NCBI GenBank assembly: GCA_030390025.1
Contig: CM059432.1
Coordinates: 13,392,001-13,456,000 of the forward strand
DNA from: Squalus acanthias
Taxonomy: Eukaryota
Direction: 5' to 3'
DNA length: 64,000 nucleotides
The notes under the pieces were generated by a model. That model ran no database searches, had not been told where the DNA came from, and saw nothing but the letters and a program-made list of their open reading frames with translations. This document shows, one piece after another, positions 21,631 to 34,663 of the stretch (position 1 is the first letter of the stretch; each line of letters begins with the position of its first letter). The position numbers and the translations under genes are program-made.

Positions 21631-23415
21631 TGAAGGGATAATTACAAGTCCTAGCCCTTTCGGACTACCCCAGATCAGGCGTATTCCCCAGACGTTTATC
21701 TTCAACTAATGTTTGCGGTAGCCGGATCCTATAAGACACTTAATTGGGTCTAAAGGTCAGACTACCTCTCCCTAAAGGAAAGAAATGGTCTAAAGATGTT
21801 ACCGTCCTCCAGAAAGTACTTTTAATAAGTTTAACTAGACTGTAACCTTCCGGATATTATAAGGATACGAATACCCCCCAGAATTCTGCAACTCCTTTGA
21901 GTGTACAGAATTTGAGTTCGCAAGATGATACAGTAATACTCTTTGAGACTATTCTAAAAATATATAGATTTATTACAGAACCGACATTCAGTTAACATTT
22001 ATTATGGCAATCGCAACTTTAATCGTTCAAAATACAAATAGCTTACATTATCTTATTCTCAGATCTTTACTCTCAAATCTTAACTTTGTTACATTTCCAC
22101 ACTTCTACTTATTTCTTAATCCAGAATATCCACCAAAATCAAATACCTTGATTTACCGAGACTCAGAATTGAAAATTTACAGAGAATATCTGTGAAGTTG
22201 AGAATCGCTTGCCTTCCCAGCGACTTCTGCTTTTCCATCTGAAAAGCTTATATTTTTATCTCTTTTTTGGGTGGTTTATCCTTTGAAGTTTTCATGCTGA
22301 TGTAAGTTTAATTGTATCAAGTCATTCTTTGCTGACTTTGTTCTATTCTTTACTGTCATTTCAGCTGTCAGCTTTTAGACTTGTGTCCTGTTTAGATGTT
22401 TCCAAAACCATCATAAACACAATGACAGCAATGGTTTCTGTTTGATGCAATTCTTAGGAAGTCTTTCTATTGAATTTCTAATATTACTTTAACTGGTCTT
22501 TACCAGACGTTGTGACTCCGTGGTATTCCAAGTTCAATACAAGAACAATGTAATTGCTTGGTGCATGCATTGATGTCATTTTCAAATTCTTTCTGTAGGT
22601 ATCACAGTTACAATATGTGAATTGAAAACACTTTAAATCAGTGTTTACTTGTTTTCTAGCTATCTCAATTGGTTGCATATTTTATCATGTTTCCTGTCTT
22701 TAAGTTTAACATAAAACTATTTTACGACAGGTATTTCTTACTTGATGTCATTTTTTCAAAGGCACTTGGTTTTTTTAATGTTCTGTGCATCTGTCCGACG
22801 TGTTAGATTATAACACTTTACTTGGGTCATTCCATTGTTTTGATTCCAATGTCCAGACGCTCTGGAAGCAAACCTTTGCTTTATCAACACGGTGGCATAG
22901 TGGTTAGCACTGTTGCCTCACAGCGCCAGGGAGCCGGGTTCGAATCCGGCCACGGGTGACTGTCTGTGTGGAGTTTGCACATTCTCCCTGTGTCTGCGTG
23001 GGTTTCCTCCGGGTGCTCCGGTTTCCTCCCATAGTCCAAAGATGTGCGGGTTAGGTTGATTTGGCTATGATAAATTGACCCTTAGTGTTAGGGGGATTAA
23101 ATACGCGGGGATAGGGTGGGATATGTGTCGGTGCAGGCTTGATGGGCCGAAACGGCCTCTATCTGCACTGTGGGGATTCTGTGATTCTGTGATCAATAGG
23201 GTTTGTTTCTTGGTCAATAACCCATTCCCATATCAAAGCTTGTGGTGTTTTACAACTTGTGAATAGCTGATCTTTATCTCAGAAGCCTGTATTGTGCCTA
23301 CAGCCTGTGTCACTGAGGCTTTCAGACTTTTAACCCCAGTGTGTCATTTATTAATAATTTCAGAAATCTGTTCTTAGTTTCGTGTATTTTTCTGAATCCT
23401 GGCTATTCCTTCACA
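21631..23415 (-). mobile_element. Solo LTR of a related foamy-like ERV lineage, containing a SINE
   Basis: Starts TGAAGGGATAATTAC and ends TATTCCTTCACA, like the proviral LTRs. Flanks are GTAC and GTAT. The U5/R part aligns, while U3 is longer and diverged. Confidence 0.88.
22888..23191 (+). mobile_element. HE1-like V-SINE inserted in the solo LTR
   Basis: A and B boxes, V-core and (GATTCTGT)n tail, with ATCAA on both flanks. Confidence 0.88.
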
Positions 23416-24269
23416 GTATCACATAGAAGGCTGGTTAACAAAATTGAGGCTCATGGTGGGTCAATGGCAGCTTGGATAAGGAATTGGCTTCAGGACAGAA
23501 AACAGCTAGTTGTGGTAAATGGCTGTTTTTCAGACTGGAGGATGGTAGACAGTGGTGTTCCCCAAGGGTCAGTGCTGGGGCCACTGCTTTTTTTGATATA
23601 TATATATATAAATGACCTGGATATTGGAATAAAGAGTAAAATTTCTAAATTTGCCGATGACACCAAACTTGGGGGTGTGGCAAACAGTGAGGATGATACC
23701 AATCGACTGCAACAGGACATAGAAAGGCTAGCAGAATGGGCAGACAAGTGGCAGATAGAATTTAATACAGAGAAGTGTGAGGTGATGCATTTTGGCAGAA
23801 GGAACAAAGAGAGGCAATATACACTTAATGGCACAGTTTTAAAGAGTGTGCAGGGACAGAGGGACCTGGGAGTTAACCTGCATAGGTCCCTGAAGGTGGC
23901 AGGACATATTGAGAGAGTGGTTAGCAAAGCATATGGGATCTTGGGCTTCATAAATGGAGGTGTTGAGTACAAAAGTAGAGAAGTTATGCTGAACCTTTAT
24001 AAAGTGCTGGTTAGGCCACAACTGGAGTATTGCGTCCCGTTCTGGTCACCACACTTTAGGAAGGATGTGAAGGCCCTTGAGAGGGAGCAGAGGAGATTTA
24101 CCAGAATGGTTCGGGGGATGGAGGATCTTAGCTACAAGGACAGGTTGGAGAAGCTGGATTTGTTTTCATTAGGAGGTTGAGGGGTGATTTGATAGAGGTG
24201 TACAAGATTATGACGGATTTGGATAGGCTAGACGGGGAAAGGCTGTTCGCACTAGTTGATGGTACAAGG

Positions 24270-25092
24270 ACTAGGTGGCTCTGCTGCACAGGCTGGGAGG
24301 AAAAAGTGTGGAAGAGCTATAGTGATAGGGGACTCAATTGTAAGGGGAATAGATAGGCGTTTCTGCGGCCGCAAACGAGACTCCAGGATGGTGTGTTGCC
24401 TCCCTGCTGCAAGGGTCAAGGACGTCTCGGAGCAGCTACAGAACATTTTGGAGGGGGAGGGCGAACAGCCAGTTGTCGTGGTGCACATAGGCATCAACGA
24501 TATAGGTAAAAAGCGGGATGAGGTCCTAAAAGCAGAATATAGGGAGTTAGGAGGTAAATTTAAAAATAGGACCTCAAAGGTAGTAATCTCAGGATTGCTA
24601 CCAGTGCCACGTGCTAGTCAGAGTAGAAATAGGAGGATATTTCAAATTAATACGTGGCTAGAGGAATGCTGCAAGGGGGAGGGATTCAAATTCCTTGGAC
24701 ATTGGAACCGGTTCTGGGGGAGGTGGGACCAGTACAAACGGGACGGTCTGCACCTGGGCAGGGCCGGGACCGATGTCCTTGGGGGAGTGTTTGCTAGTGC
24801 TGTTGGGGAGGCTTTAAACTAAAGTGGCAGGGGGTTGGGAACCTGAGCAGGGAAACAAGGATAAAAGCAAAAGACAGGAAGGAGAAAAACAAAAGTAGAA
24901 GGCAAAGACCTCAACGGTTTAAATCAAACATGGTCACAGTAAATAATAATTCATATAGGTCTGAGAGCGTTAAAAAAACAAGCCTGAAGGCTTTGTGTCT
25001 TAATGCAAGGAGCATTCGGAACAAGGTGGATGAATTAGCTGCGCAAATAGAGGTAAATGAATACGATTTGATTGGGATTACAGAAACATGGC
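24270..25092 (+). mobile_element. CR1 fragment (ORF1 esterase domain and ORF2 start), same family as 5175-7735
   Basis: GDSIVRG...DGLH...GEALN*, then LKALCLNARSIRNK...GITETW. It breaks off into the MITE. Confidence 0.85.
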
Positions 25093-25658
25093 TTCCTGCC
25101 TTTTTTTGTTGGTGACATTTTTGCACCACGCATTCTGAGAGAAAAAGAGAGAGACTTCTGGAGAGATTCAACGCTGTGTGAAGGAGTTTTGGGTACTGAG
25201 CAGCACTTTGCAGGTTCATTTTGATTTGCTCTTCCTTGCGTATATTTAGAAGAGACTGTGGGGGCTGCACTCTGAGCTCTTTCCCTGGTACTCTCCATTG
25301 TTCTTTCCAGCATATTTGATATACAGGTCTCTCCAGGCCAAGATTCAAGGCTGCAATGAGCAGGATGTGGATGGAGAGCAAGATCAACCCTTCCCTTTAA
25401 GAACTGGCCGGCATCATTGTGTCTCTGTTCCATTGCTGACTGGCATCACATGAGCTTCGCCAGCGCTCTGAGGTAGCGCCTCGCTCCTCGGCCTTTGCGC
25501 CTTAAGACAGGTGTAAAGCGCCTGATTTAGCACTCCAATCACCTCCAGGGCAATAAAAGCCAAGTTTGCAGTCGGAGGCGATAATTAGCGGCAGGCGTTA
25601 ATCTTTGCTCCCGGCCGATAATTGCGCCCCAAATGGGGCGATACTGAATTTTTCCCCC
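25092..25658. mobile_element. Left-truncated copy of Harbinger-like family B
   Basis: Colinear with 10810-11378, ending GAATTTTTCCCCC. Confidence 0.75.
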
Positions 25659-25840
25659 TCAATGTTTTCAAGGGGAGACTGGATAGGCACTTGAAGGAAA
25701 TAAACTTGCAGGGCTACGGGGATAGAGCGGGGGAATGGGACTGACTGGGTTGCTCTACAGAGAGCCGGCAAGGACTCGATGGGCCGAATGGCCTCCTTCT
25801 GTGCCGTATGACTCTATGACTATGACTCTATGACTCTATG
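25659..25840 (+). mobile_element. CR1 3' end with (GACTCTAT)n tail
   Basis: Reads ...LQGYGDRAGEWD*, then the stem-loop and octamer tail. Confidence 0.8.
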
Positions 25841-25961
25841 TCACCAACCTATTCCAGTGCCTCCCGTCGCCCCCACCATTCTCCACCCTCTGTAAACTTC
25901 AAGTCATCCAAAACTCTGCTGCGTGTATCCTATCCCACACCAAGTCCAGCTCACATATCAC

Positions 25962-26076
25962 CAAGGTTCCCGCTAATGTTTTTTTGGGTGCGGGCCCATT
26001 CAAATTTCCGCACACGCACAGTTTTTCCATTTAAAAGCCACTGAGCGGCCTGCGTGGGATCTTAACGGGAACATTG
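25962..26076. mobile_element. hAT-like MITE
   Basis: TIRs are CAAGGTTCCC and GGGAACATTG, with 8-bp flanks CATATCAC and CCTATCAC. Relatives lie at 30783-30952, 34504-34663 and 7796-7889. Confidence 0.7.
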
Positions 26077-26550
26077 CCTATCACCCCTGTCCTTGTTGAT
26101 CTGCATTGGCTCCTGGTCCCCCAACACCTCAAATTTAAAATTATTATCTAAGGTATTGAGGGATATGGAAAAAGGTAATTAAATGGAGTTGAGATGATAG
26201 AATAGAATCTAATATAATGGCAGAACAGGCTCGAGGGGTTGAATGGCCTACTCATGTTCCCACGTTCCTGTGTGGTGTTTAAATCCCTTCATGGCCATGT
26301 CTCTTACTATCTCGGTAACCCCAGCCCTCCCGAAATCACAGTTCCTATGACTCTAGCCTTTTGAGCACCCCTCCCTTCGTGGTGATGCCTTCACCCTTCC
26401 GCGTCCCGTGCCTCCAAATCGCCTCCTCCTTAAAACCTACCTATTTGACCAAGCTTTTAGTCATCCCTCCCAAGGTTTCCTTCTTTGGCTCAGCATCTAT
26501 TTTTGGCTAATTACACCTCTGTGAAGTGCCTTGGGACATTATTCTATGCT

Positions 26551-27016
26551 AAAGAAAGACTTGCATTTATGTAGCGCCTTTCACGACCACTGGACATCCC
26601 AAAGCACTTTACAGCCAATGAAGTACTTTTGGAGCGTAGTCACTCTTGTAATGTAGGCAACACGGTAGCCAATTTACGCACAGCAAGCTCCCACAAACAG
26701 CAATGTGAAAATGACCAGATAATCTGTTTTTGTTATGTTGATTGAGGGATAAATATTGGCCAGGACACCGGGGATAACTCCCACTGCTCTGCTTTGAAAT
26801 AGTGCCGCGGGATCTTTTACATCCACCTGAGAGAGCAGACAGGGCCTTGATTTAACGTCTCATCCGAAAGACGGCACGCTCCGACAGTGCAGCACTCCCT
26901 CAGTACTGCACTGGAGTGTCAGCCTAGATTTATGTGCTCAAGTCTCTGGAGTGGGACTTGAACCCACAACCTTCTGACTCAGAGGCGAGTGTGCCTACAC
27001 TGAGCCACAGCTGACA
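26551..27016 (-). mobile_element. Deu-domain SINE, near full length, inserted in an L2 tail
   Basis: Head GTGGCTCAGTG...GGTTCAAGTCCC, Deu core and (TTTC) end. Confidence 0.78.
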
Positions 27017-27672
27017 CACTAGATAAAGGCACTATATAAATGCAAGTTGTTGTTGTTGACACTGTTGTCATCGCTGCTGATATTGTTCCAGCAGAGTTTT
27101 AAAGCAAATTCTAATTTGAACTGTTAAAGTCCATAAAAAAAAGCATATAAAGCATTGGAAAGCATACAGAGAAGAGCAACTCAGGTGTAAAGAGGATAAG
27201 CAAGAAGGAAAAGATTAGGGAAATTTAAGCTCTACCATCTAGAAAGGAGATCAAGAAGGTGAGGCTCATTGCAGTATACAAAGTAATAAAAGGCATAGAT
27301 TGGGTAAACGCTATTGTTACTTCAAAATAAACCAGGTAAGCAGGACCGGAAGACACAAAGTTAAATTAGTAAAAAGTATATTTAGAATCAATATGAGGAA
27401 GGACATCTTTATTCAAATAGTGGTAAATGTTTGGAACTATCTGGCAGCTTCTGGCAGTGTTAGAGGCAGAACATCAGGAACATTTGAAAAGATGGTATGA
27501 TAGGCAACACAAACAGAAAATATTGGAAATATACACAATGTCAGTCAGTATCTGTGGAGAGAACAGACAAGCTCATGTTTCAGGCTGGGCGCTCCCTCTG
27601 GCCTATTGCCTTCTCTTGATCATTTTGTCCTTCACCTATCTTAATTTTCCCACCATGCCATCTAAATATAAT

Positions 27673-28438
27673 GGCCCAGAAATTCGGCTCCCTGGCTTCC
27701 CGCGGGTGCAAGGATCGCGCGCACACCTACCTACCGCGCCTGCCGTTGACCTCTGGGCCCACGGGGACTTCAGCTCCTGGGCCTCCTGCAGCTGCCGGCG
27801 CGCAGTGCTTGTGTATCCCAGGGGCGTAGTTAGTGCAATGCGTCCCCTGGGATCACGTGGGCCATGGAGAGCCAATGGCAGCAGACCATCTTTCATTCAT
27901 AGATTTGACAGGACCTGTCAAATCTATGAATTGAAATCGGCCCCAAAACAACACCTAAACTTCAAATAAATTTAAAAAAAAACACCATCACATTTTAAAA
28001 ATAACTATAAGTTAAATAAATTAACTACTTTAAACAAAAATTTAAATTTTTGAAAAAATTAAAATACTTTTTAACAGTGCTAAAAATAAACTTACCTTTC
28101 TTTAAAGTATCTAAAAAAGATAAACCTGTTGAAAATTTTTTTTTAATTGTAATTAATTAACCACTTACCTTGTTAAAAACGGGTCTTGCGCCTCCTTTTT
28201 AAAAGCGCAGCTTCTTCCATACTTACCTTCCCGGAGAAACCTGAAAAAAAACCTAAGTTCGCTGCGTGCGCGCAGCCTCTACCACGCACACGGTTCACCT
28301 CTCAACCGCTCCCTTCACGAGACCGGAAGTTCCGGTTTCCCGCGCATGCGCAGTGCATGCAGGAAACCAGCACTTCAGGAGGCCTTACGGGTGAGTACAC
28401 AGCGCGTACTCACCCGGCAAGTGCTGAATTTTTGGCCC
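27673..28438. mobile_element. PIF/Harbinger-like MITE (family A)
   Basis: Same TIRs and body as 13542-14293, with AAT and ATT flanks. Confidence 0.85.
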
Positions 28439-29979
28439 ATTGTCAGCATGGCAAACTATTCCAAAAAACTGATCATTCATTATCACTCTTTGAGTAAATA
28501 AGTTCTTTTTGATTTCTTTTTTAAATTAACCTTTCACTAATTTTCATTTAAGATTTCTGTTCCTACTTTGTCTGGTTTACTTGGATGTAATAATCTTGGT
28601 TTAGCCTATCCATATCATTAAAGGAAGATCTCTGCTGGAACGGCCATGTGTGTGTCAAGAAGGGTCAAGCTCAGCTGTGATGCCTCCCAGATTGAAAGCC
28701 TGCCTTTAATCAGCATCTGGTCTCATGCACGAAGAATACCAGAGGGTGGCCAACATTCGTGCAATGATACCGCAGCATGAATCAACCTCTTCAGGAAGGA
28801 GGGGAGACACTGGAAGGGGAAAAGATAGTTGAGTTCTGTTGCATTGGAATGCCATGATCAATATGCAGGTACTAGCAGGGTGGTGATGACAAGGCCTGAG
28901 CGCTCTTGAAGACCAAATTGGTCAGTGCCAAGAATGGTATTGAGCCATGACAAACAGGACAGTCCCAGTTTCTGTTTCCACTCTACGCTGAGTTAGCTGA
29001 TCTTAGCACGGGCAGATTTAGGGCACTAGAATTAGGCCTGGTCGAGGGAGGAGAACACTTATCCAGGACTTCCGTCACTGATTGCTATTCAGATGAGGAA
29101 AGGATCATGGCTTGGCTGCGATGCCCCAGGGGCCTCCTGGCCCACAGGGTCAAGGTTTCCACAGGAAGAATTGCCACTTGGGAAAGATATCTGAGCATCT
29201 GTGGAACCACAACTGCAAGAAGAATTTAAAATGACAACACTAAGGAAGAAAAAAACAGATAATACTCAAAATATTATCTGAAAAAAGCAAAGTAGGTTAA
29301 TGTTTTGGTATAACCTTTCAGGAGTAGAAGGGAGTAAATGGAAAGAAAAACAGAAACAGAAGCCACCTGCTGACAGTACCGTTCCACTTGTCATGTCGGT
29401 GAGGACAAGGTCAAGTTGGTTATGTTGTCATCCAAGATTGAAGAGCCTGCCAATATTCACTATCCAAACTCACACATAAAGAATGGGTACTTTGGAAAGG
29501 TACAGGTCCAATAACATTTTAATTTAAAACACATGAAATATCTCATCTCAGCAGAGATTCTAAACATGTTTTAAATTATAATGTTATGGGGGAGGAGAGG
29601 TGTTTCATTTGATAGTGCAGTACTTCTCCCAGAGTACTGGTAAAAAGATAAAAGGTTTTATCAAAATATTAACCTATCTTTCAGATCTGTGGTGGACCTT
29701 GACTATTTATTATCTGTGTTTTTCTCCTACAGTATTTAAATTCTTGTCACAGAAACCCTTGGAAATTTGATAAGTTCCTGATGATCCTTATGGAGCAATG
29801 AAATAATAATTCATTCTGTTCTGTAGACTGTATGTAAGTAAGTATTACCACTCGACTTTCACATTTGCATACAGTAAATAACCATTGACACAGCCTAGTG
29901 TAGAGGATAATGGGTACTTGTAAGTGAACTACAGCATTCCTGGCTTTTAAGGGCTCAGTACCATATCACATGGTACACT

Positions 29980-31130
29980 TACTATTCCAACGCACTCCTG
30001 GCTGGCCTCCCACGTTCTACCCTACGTAAACTTGAGGTCATCCAAAACTCGGCACCAAGTCCCGTTCACCCATCACCCCGTGCTCGCTGACCTACATTGG
30101 CTCCCAGTTAAGCAACGCCTCGATTTCAAAATTCTCATCTTTGTTTTCAAATCCCTCCATGGCCTCGCCCCCTTCCTATCTCTGTAATCTCCTCCAGCCC
30201 CACAACCCCCCGAGATATCTGCGCTCCTCTAATTCTGCCCTCTTGAGCATCCCTGATTATAATCGCTCAACCATTGGTGGCCGCGCCTTCTGTTGCCGAG
30301 GCCCTAAGCTCTGGAATTCCCTGCCTAAACCTCTCTGCCTCTCTACCTCTCTTTCTTCCTTTAAGACGCTCCTTAAACCCTACCTCTTTGACCATTTGGT
30401 AACCAGCCCTGATTGTTCCTTATATGGCTCGGTGTCAAATGTTTTTGTCTTATAATACTCTTGTGAAGTGCCTTGGGACATTTTACTACGTTAAAGGCGC
30501 TATATAAATACAAGTTGTTGTTGTTGTTGTTGTTACCCACCAAGCCATCAGAAGAATGTTCTTATATTTAACAAGTTTTTTCCTACATTTCCTTGTTGGT
30601 TTGCCAGTACACACATTTTTCTGGGTCAAAAAGGTAGGTTTTAAGGAGCGTCTTAAAGGAGGAAAGAGAGGCGGAGAGGTTTAGGAAGGGAATTCCAGAG
30701 CTTAGGGCCGAGGCAGCTGAAGGCACGGACGCCAATGGTGGAGCGATTAAATTCAGGGATGCTCAAGAGGCCAGAATTAGAGCAATGTTCCCTCCTTTTT
30801 TTTTTGGTGCACGGTCCCTTTAAGTGGCTGTGTGGCCGATTCAAATTTTCGCGCATGCACGATTTCTCCCATGTAAAATCCGGTGAGCAGCCTGCGCGGG
30901 ACCTCCAGACCGTTGCGTGGCCACCTGGCCTCACAGCTTAGCGGGAACGTTGGCGAACAGATATCTCGGGCGGGGGCTGGGGGGGGGGGTTCTGGGGCTG
31001 TAGGAGATGATAGAGATAGGGAGGGGCGAGGCCATGGAGGGATTTGAAAACAATGATGAGAATTTTAAAATCAAGGCATTGCTTAACCGGGAGCCAATGT
31101 TGGTCAGTGAGCACAGGGGTGATAATGTAA
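29980..31130. mobile_element. Tail-to-tail L2 fragments (+ strand 29980-30533; - strand 30620-31130) with an hAT-like MITE at 30783-30952
   Basis: L2 C-terminus (HITPVL..LHWLPV, GGRAF, LWNSLP) and a (TTG)n tail. Confidence 0.8.
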
Positions 31131-31387
31131 TAGCCTGTAATTCTGAGAGCTACTGCCATATTTCTTAAGGAGAAACAATGCTAAATCAAAAAAGGGCCAC
31201 TGGGAATTTCAGAGTATATGCATTTGAATCACATATCTTCCCAAAGCTTCTTAGCTGCCATTGGAGTTATTCACGGCCATTCTTAAAGCAGTCGTATACA
31301 TTTTCCAACTCATGTCTTTGCTTAAATCCTGGATTTCCAATAGGCCCAGGAATTCCTACTAATCTTTAAGTACGGTTATGTTCACCA

Positions 31388-32963
31388 AGGCGGCAAATTT
31401 AATTGCGCTGAGGAGGCGGGTTTGGAGGCGGGTCCGCTGTCAAAATCGCAAAGATTGACAGCGGGTAGGAAACCCGTCGTCAACCCGCCTCCACGCGAGT
31501 CTCCCAGGTGTCGGATCTATCAGCGCAGAACTGACCCGACACCAAGCAGCGGGGGAGACAATTCACCCACTTAAATGGCTTGTTAAGAGCCAATTTAAGA
31601 GGATTTTGAGGCTTATTTGTAATTTTACCTTCTCCACCACTGGTTACCTGCTGTTCGGGGAACACGCCAGCTCAACCTGGCGTGTTGTGAGTCTGCTCTG
31701 ATGTTTGTGAAAAGCTGACAGCTGCAGAAGTGGTGTCAAGGATGCTATGTTACAGATGGTCAGTATCAGAGCACAGGAAATGTTGGTGACTGCATTTTTA
31801 ATACATATAGAGATTTCTTTAGCTTACAAGTTTTCAGATCCGACTGTATGTCCAGTGCCACCTCATTGGGAGATCCTCTCTCACCAGTGACAGATCGCTT
31901 CTGTCATCGCACCAGCAGCTGCCATCTATTCCAGCAACATTGGAGCCAATGAAACAATCAGACCGTGGTCCTCCGAATCCTTCCACGATCAGCCCCAACA
32001 CCAACATCACCAACCTCATCACCAACCTTCTCCGCCATCACCTGATGCTGCACAGGACACAGGCATCAGCCCCTGACAAAATTACTGCTTGGGAGGCCAG
32101 TGTTGGCATTACCATGGCCAGATTTTCTTCACTTGACGCTGTAAGCCCTGGCTGCCACATGATGCGCCAGGTTGACACCATCCCACACCAGTACCATGGA
32201 GCATCCCTTTAACGTCCAAGCCATTCCATGCTCACTCATCACTATAGCTGGGGGGGCGCGGTCGGGGGGGAAGTTATTACTGAATAATCACTGAAACTCA
32301 GTAAGACACTTCTCAAGGTGCGCTCAGATCTGTCCAATAAGGGGCACTTTTTGAAAAAGAGATTTCACTGTATGACAACACATTACCAGAAACTTCACAT
32401 GGACATTGGCTAAACCTCTCAAGTGCCTACCCTTGTGTGTTGTTAGTTGGTATGCTTGCAGTAGGATGCGGGTGAGTGTGAGGGGTGGCTAGTGAGATGG
32501 GGAAGTGATAAAGTAGATAGAGAGGGTTGGGTGGAGGTGCAAGGTAAGTTGGTGTTCTGGGGAGGTCTCTTCCGCCCTTGGAAGGGAAGAGAACCTCCCT
32601 GCATGCTGTGACTCCCTCCATAAACATATGGAGGGAGTCATTGGAGAGCCTGGGTACAAACGTTCACCTTTGTGCAGTGATTGTCAGTGTTTGCAGCACC
32701 TCAATGCTGTCAAACACTGACAGAACAACTGTCAAACTCTATGTGGACGTGGTCCCTTTAAGGAAACCGGCCGATGACGCGTTATCAAATGACGTCATCA
32801 GACCCGCTTCCTGTTAATTGGCCGGAAAGCCCGCAGGGCGGACTTAACAAGGTCAATCAGGAGAAAATCACGTCTGCAGAGCGGACACAGCTGGGAGCGG
32901 GACTGGAACCCGGAAACCAGCTCTCCCGCCCCCATCCCGCCTCCTCAGTTAAATTTGCAGCCC
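31388..32963. mobile_element. Deleted Harbinger-type transposon with a Myb/SANT-like ORF remnant
   Basis: The ends GGCGGCAAATTTAA..CTGAGGAGGCGGG and CCCGCCTCCTCAGTTAAATTTGCAGCCC are inverted repeats. The minus strand at ~32575-32660 reads VPRLSNDSLHMFMEGVTACREVLFPS. Confidence 0.6.
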
Positions 32964-33416
32964 ATATTTCGAAATCCTGGATTGTAGTTCATTTACAGCC
33001 TTGCAAAACACTCCCACATAACTATTGTCCTTACGGAAGACACTCCCTTATATTGCACACTGCTTTGCCAATAATCTAGTGTTGGGCCAGACAGTCTAGG
33101 TTTTATTGGGCACCAAAGGTCTAGTTTCTGAAACACGTTTAGTTTATTCCCACGTACCTCCGTGTTTTATGATGAGTTTTTAAGTTTTCCAATGAATTTT
33201 CGCATTAATACAGAAAATATCAGAATTCAAGTCCCGATCCCACTTCTCTAACCTATCCACTGTCGACGGTAAACCAAGGTCCATTCAGGTGGATGTAAAA
33301 GACCCCAAAGAGCAGGTGTCCTGGCTAACATTTTGAGTAGATTTGAGGATTACTTCATGGGTCTGTTCCTGGCCTTGTGCGTGCCGGGTGTCCCTCAAGA
33401 GGGATAATGCAGTGGG

Positions 33417-34278
33417 TTTTTTTTTATTCGTTCATGGGATATGGGCATCGGTGGCAAAGCCAGCATTTATTGCCCATCTCTAATTGCCCTTGAGAAACTG
33501 GTGGTGAGCTGCCTTCTTGAACCGTTGCAGTCTATGAGGTGAAGGTACTCCCACAGTGCTGTTAGGGAGTGAGTTCCAGGAAGTTGACCCAGCAACGATG
33601 AAGGAACAGCGATATATTTCCAAGTCAAGATGGTGTGTAACTTGGAGGGGAACTTGCAGGTCATGGTGTTCCCTTGCGTCTGCTGCCCTTGTCCTTCTAG
33701 GTGGTAGAGGTCGCGGATTTGGGAGGTGCTGCCGAAGAAGCCTTGGCAAGTTGCTGCAGTGCATCTTGTAGATGGTACACACTGCAGCCACAGTGCGCCA
33801 GTGGTGGAGGGAGTGAATGTTTAAGGTGGTGGATGGGGTGCCAATCAAGCAGGCTGCTTTGTCCTGGATGGTGTTGAGCTTCTTGAGTGTTGTTGGAGCT
33901 GCACTCATCCAAGCACTCATCACACTCCTGACTTGTGCCTTGTAGATGGTGGAAAGGCTTTGGAGAGTCAGGAGGTGAGACACTTGCCGCAGAATACCCA
34001 GCCTCTGATCTGCTCTTGTTGCTGGTCCAGTTAAATTTCTGGTCAATGGTGACGCCCAGGATGTTGATGGTGGGGGATTCGGTGATGGTAGTGCCGTTGA
34101 ATGTCAAGGGGAGGTGGTTAAACTCTTGCTTGTTGGAGATAGTCATTGCCTGGCACTTGTGTGACGCCAATGTTACTTGCCACTTATCAGCCCAAGCCTG
34201 ACTGTCGTCCAGGTCTTGCTGCATGCGGGCATGGACTGCTTCATAATCTGAGGAGCTGCGAATGGAACTGAACACTGT
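33417..34278 (-). mobile_element. Non-LTR retrotransposon 3' fragment (CR1/L2 superclade, distinct family, poly-A tail)
   Basis: QQDLD..AWADKWQV...ILGVTIDQK, IYKAQVRS and WNSLP; frameshifted. Confidence 0.75.
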
Positions 34279-34503
34279 TACATGTGAGGCCTTCCATGAC
34301 TGCAGTGCACCACAGGGCATTAACTGTATCAATGATGAGGAAACACGATTAAGGTTTATTTTATTTGAACATTTCTTAGATTGATTGGACCATCTGTTGT
34401 ACCAGTGCTGCCTTCCTCTCGAAGGCAGCACTTGTAGTGCTGTCTTTGTCATCGTGGCACTGGTGTCCAGTCACCCTATAGCTCGTAATAAAAATAGCCC
34501 TAC

Positions 34504-34663
34504 TAATGTTCCCTCTAAATTTTTGGGGGGTGCCGCATGGCCCCTTTAACGGGCTGCGCAGCCCATTCAAAATTCTGCGCATGTGCGTTTTTTTCCATTT
34601 AAAAGCCAGTGAGTTGGCTGCGAGGGAGCTCCAGAGCGGCCGCGCAGCTTAAAGGGAACGTTG
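34504..34663. mobile_element. hAT-like MITE
   Basis: Ends are TAATGTTCCC and GGGAACGTTG, with flanks AGCCCTAC and GTCCCTAC. Confidence 0.6.

Larger units (their letters stand above)
11429..24275 (+). mobile_element. Host CR1 LINE (ORF1 esterase C-terminus plus ORF2 EN-RT) split by the provirus, an inverted CR1 and a solo LTR
   Basis: Pieces 11429-12446, 19806-20499, 21006-21630 and 23420-~24275 rejoin in frame: KSYRVV|ILGDFN, KRVVR|GGVGP, DKVP|HRRL. Motifs include AITETW, GDFN, SDH and FADD. The probable 3' end is 25659-25840. Confidence 0.9.

Noticed and set aside
29813..29841. Possible micro-exon (ttctgtag|actgtat|gtaagt)
   Set aside because: It is 7 nt long with no partner exons or recognisable protein, so a chance match is likely.
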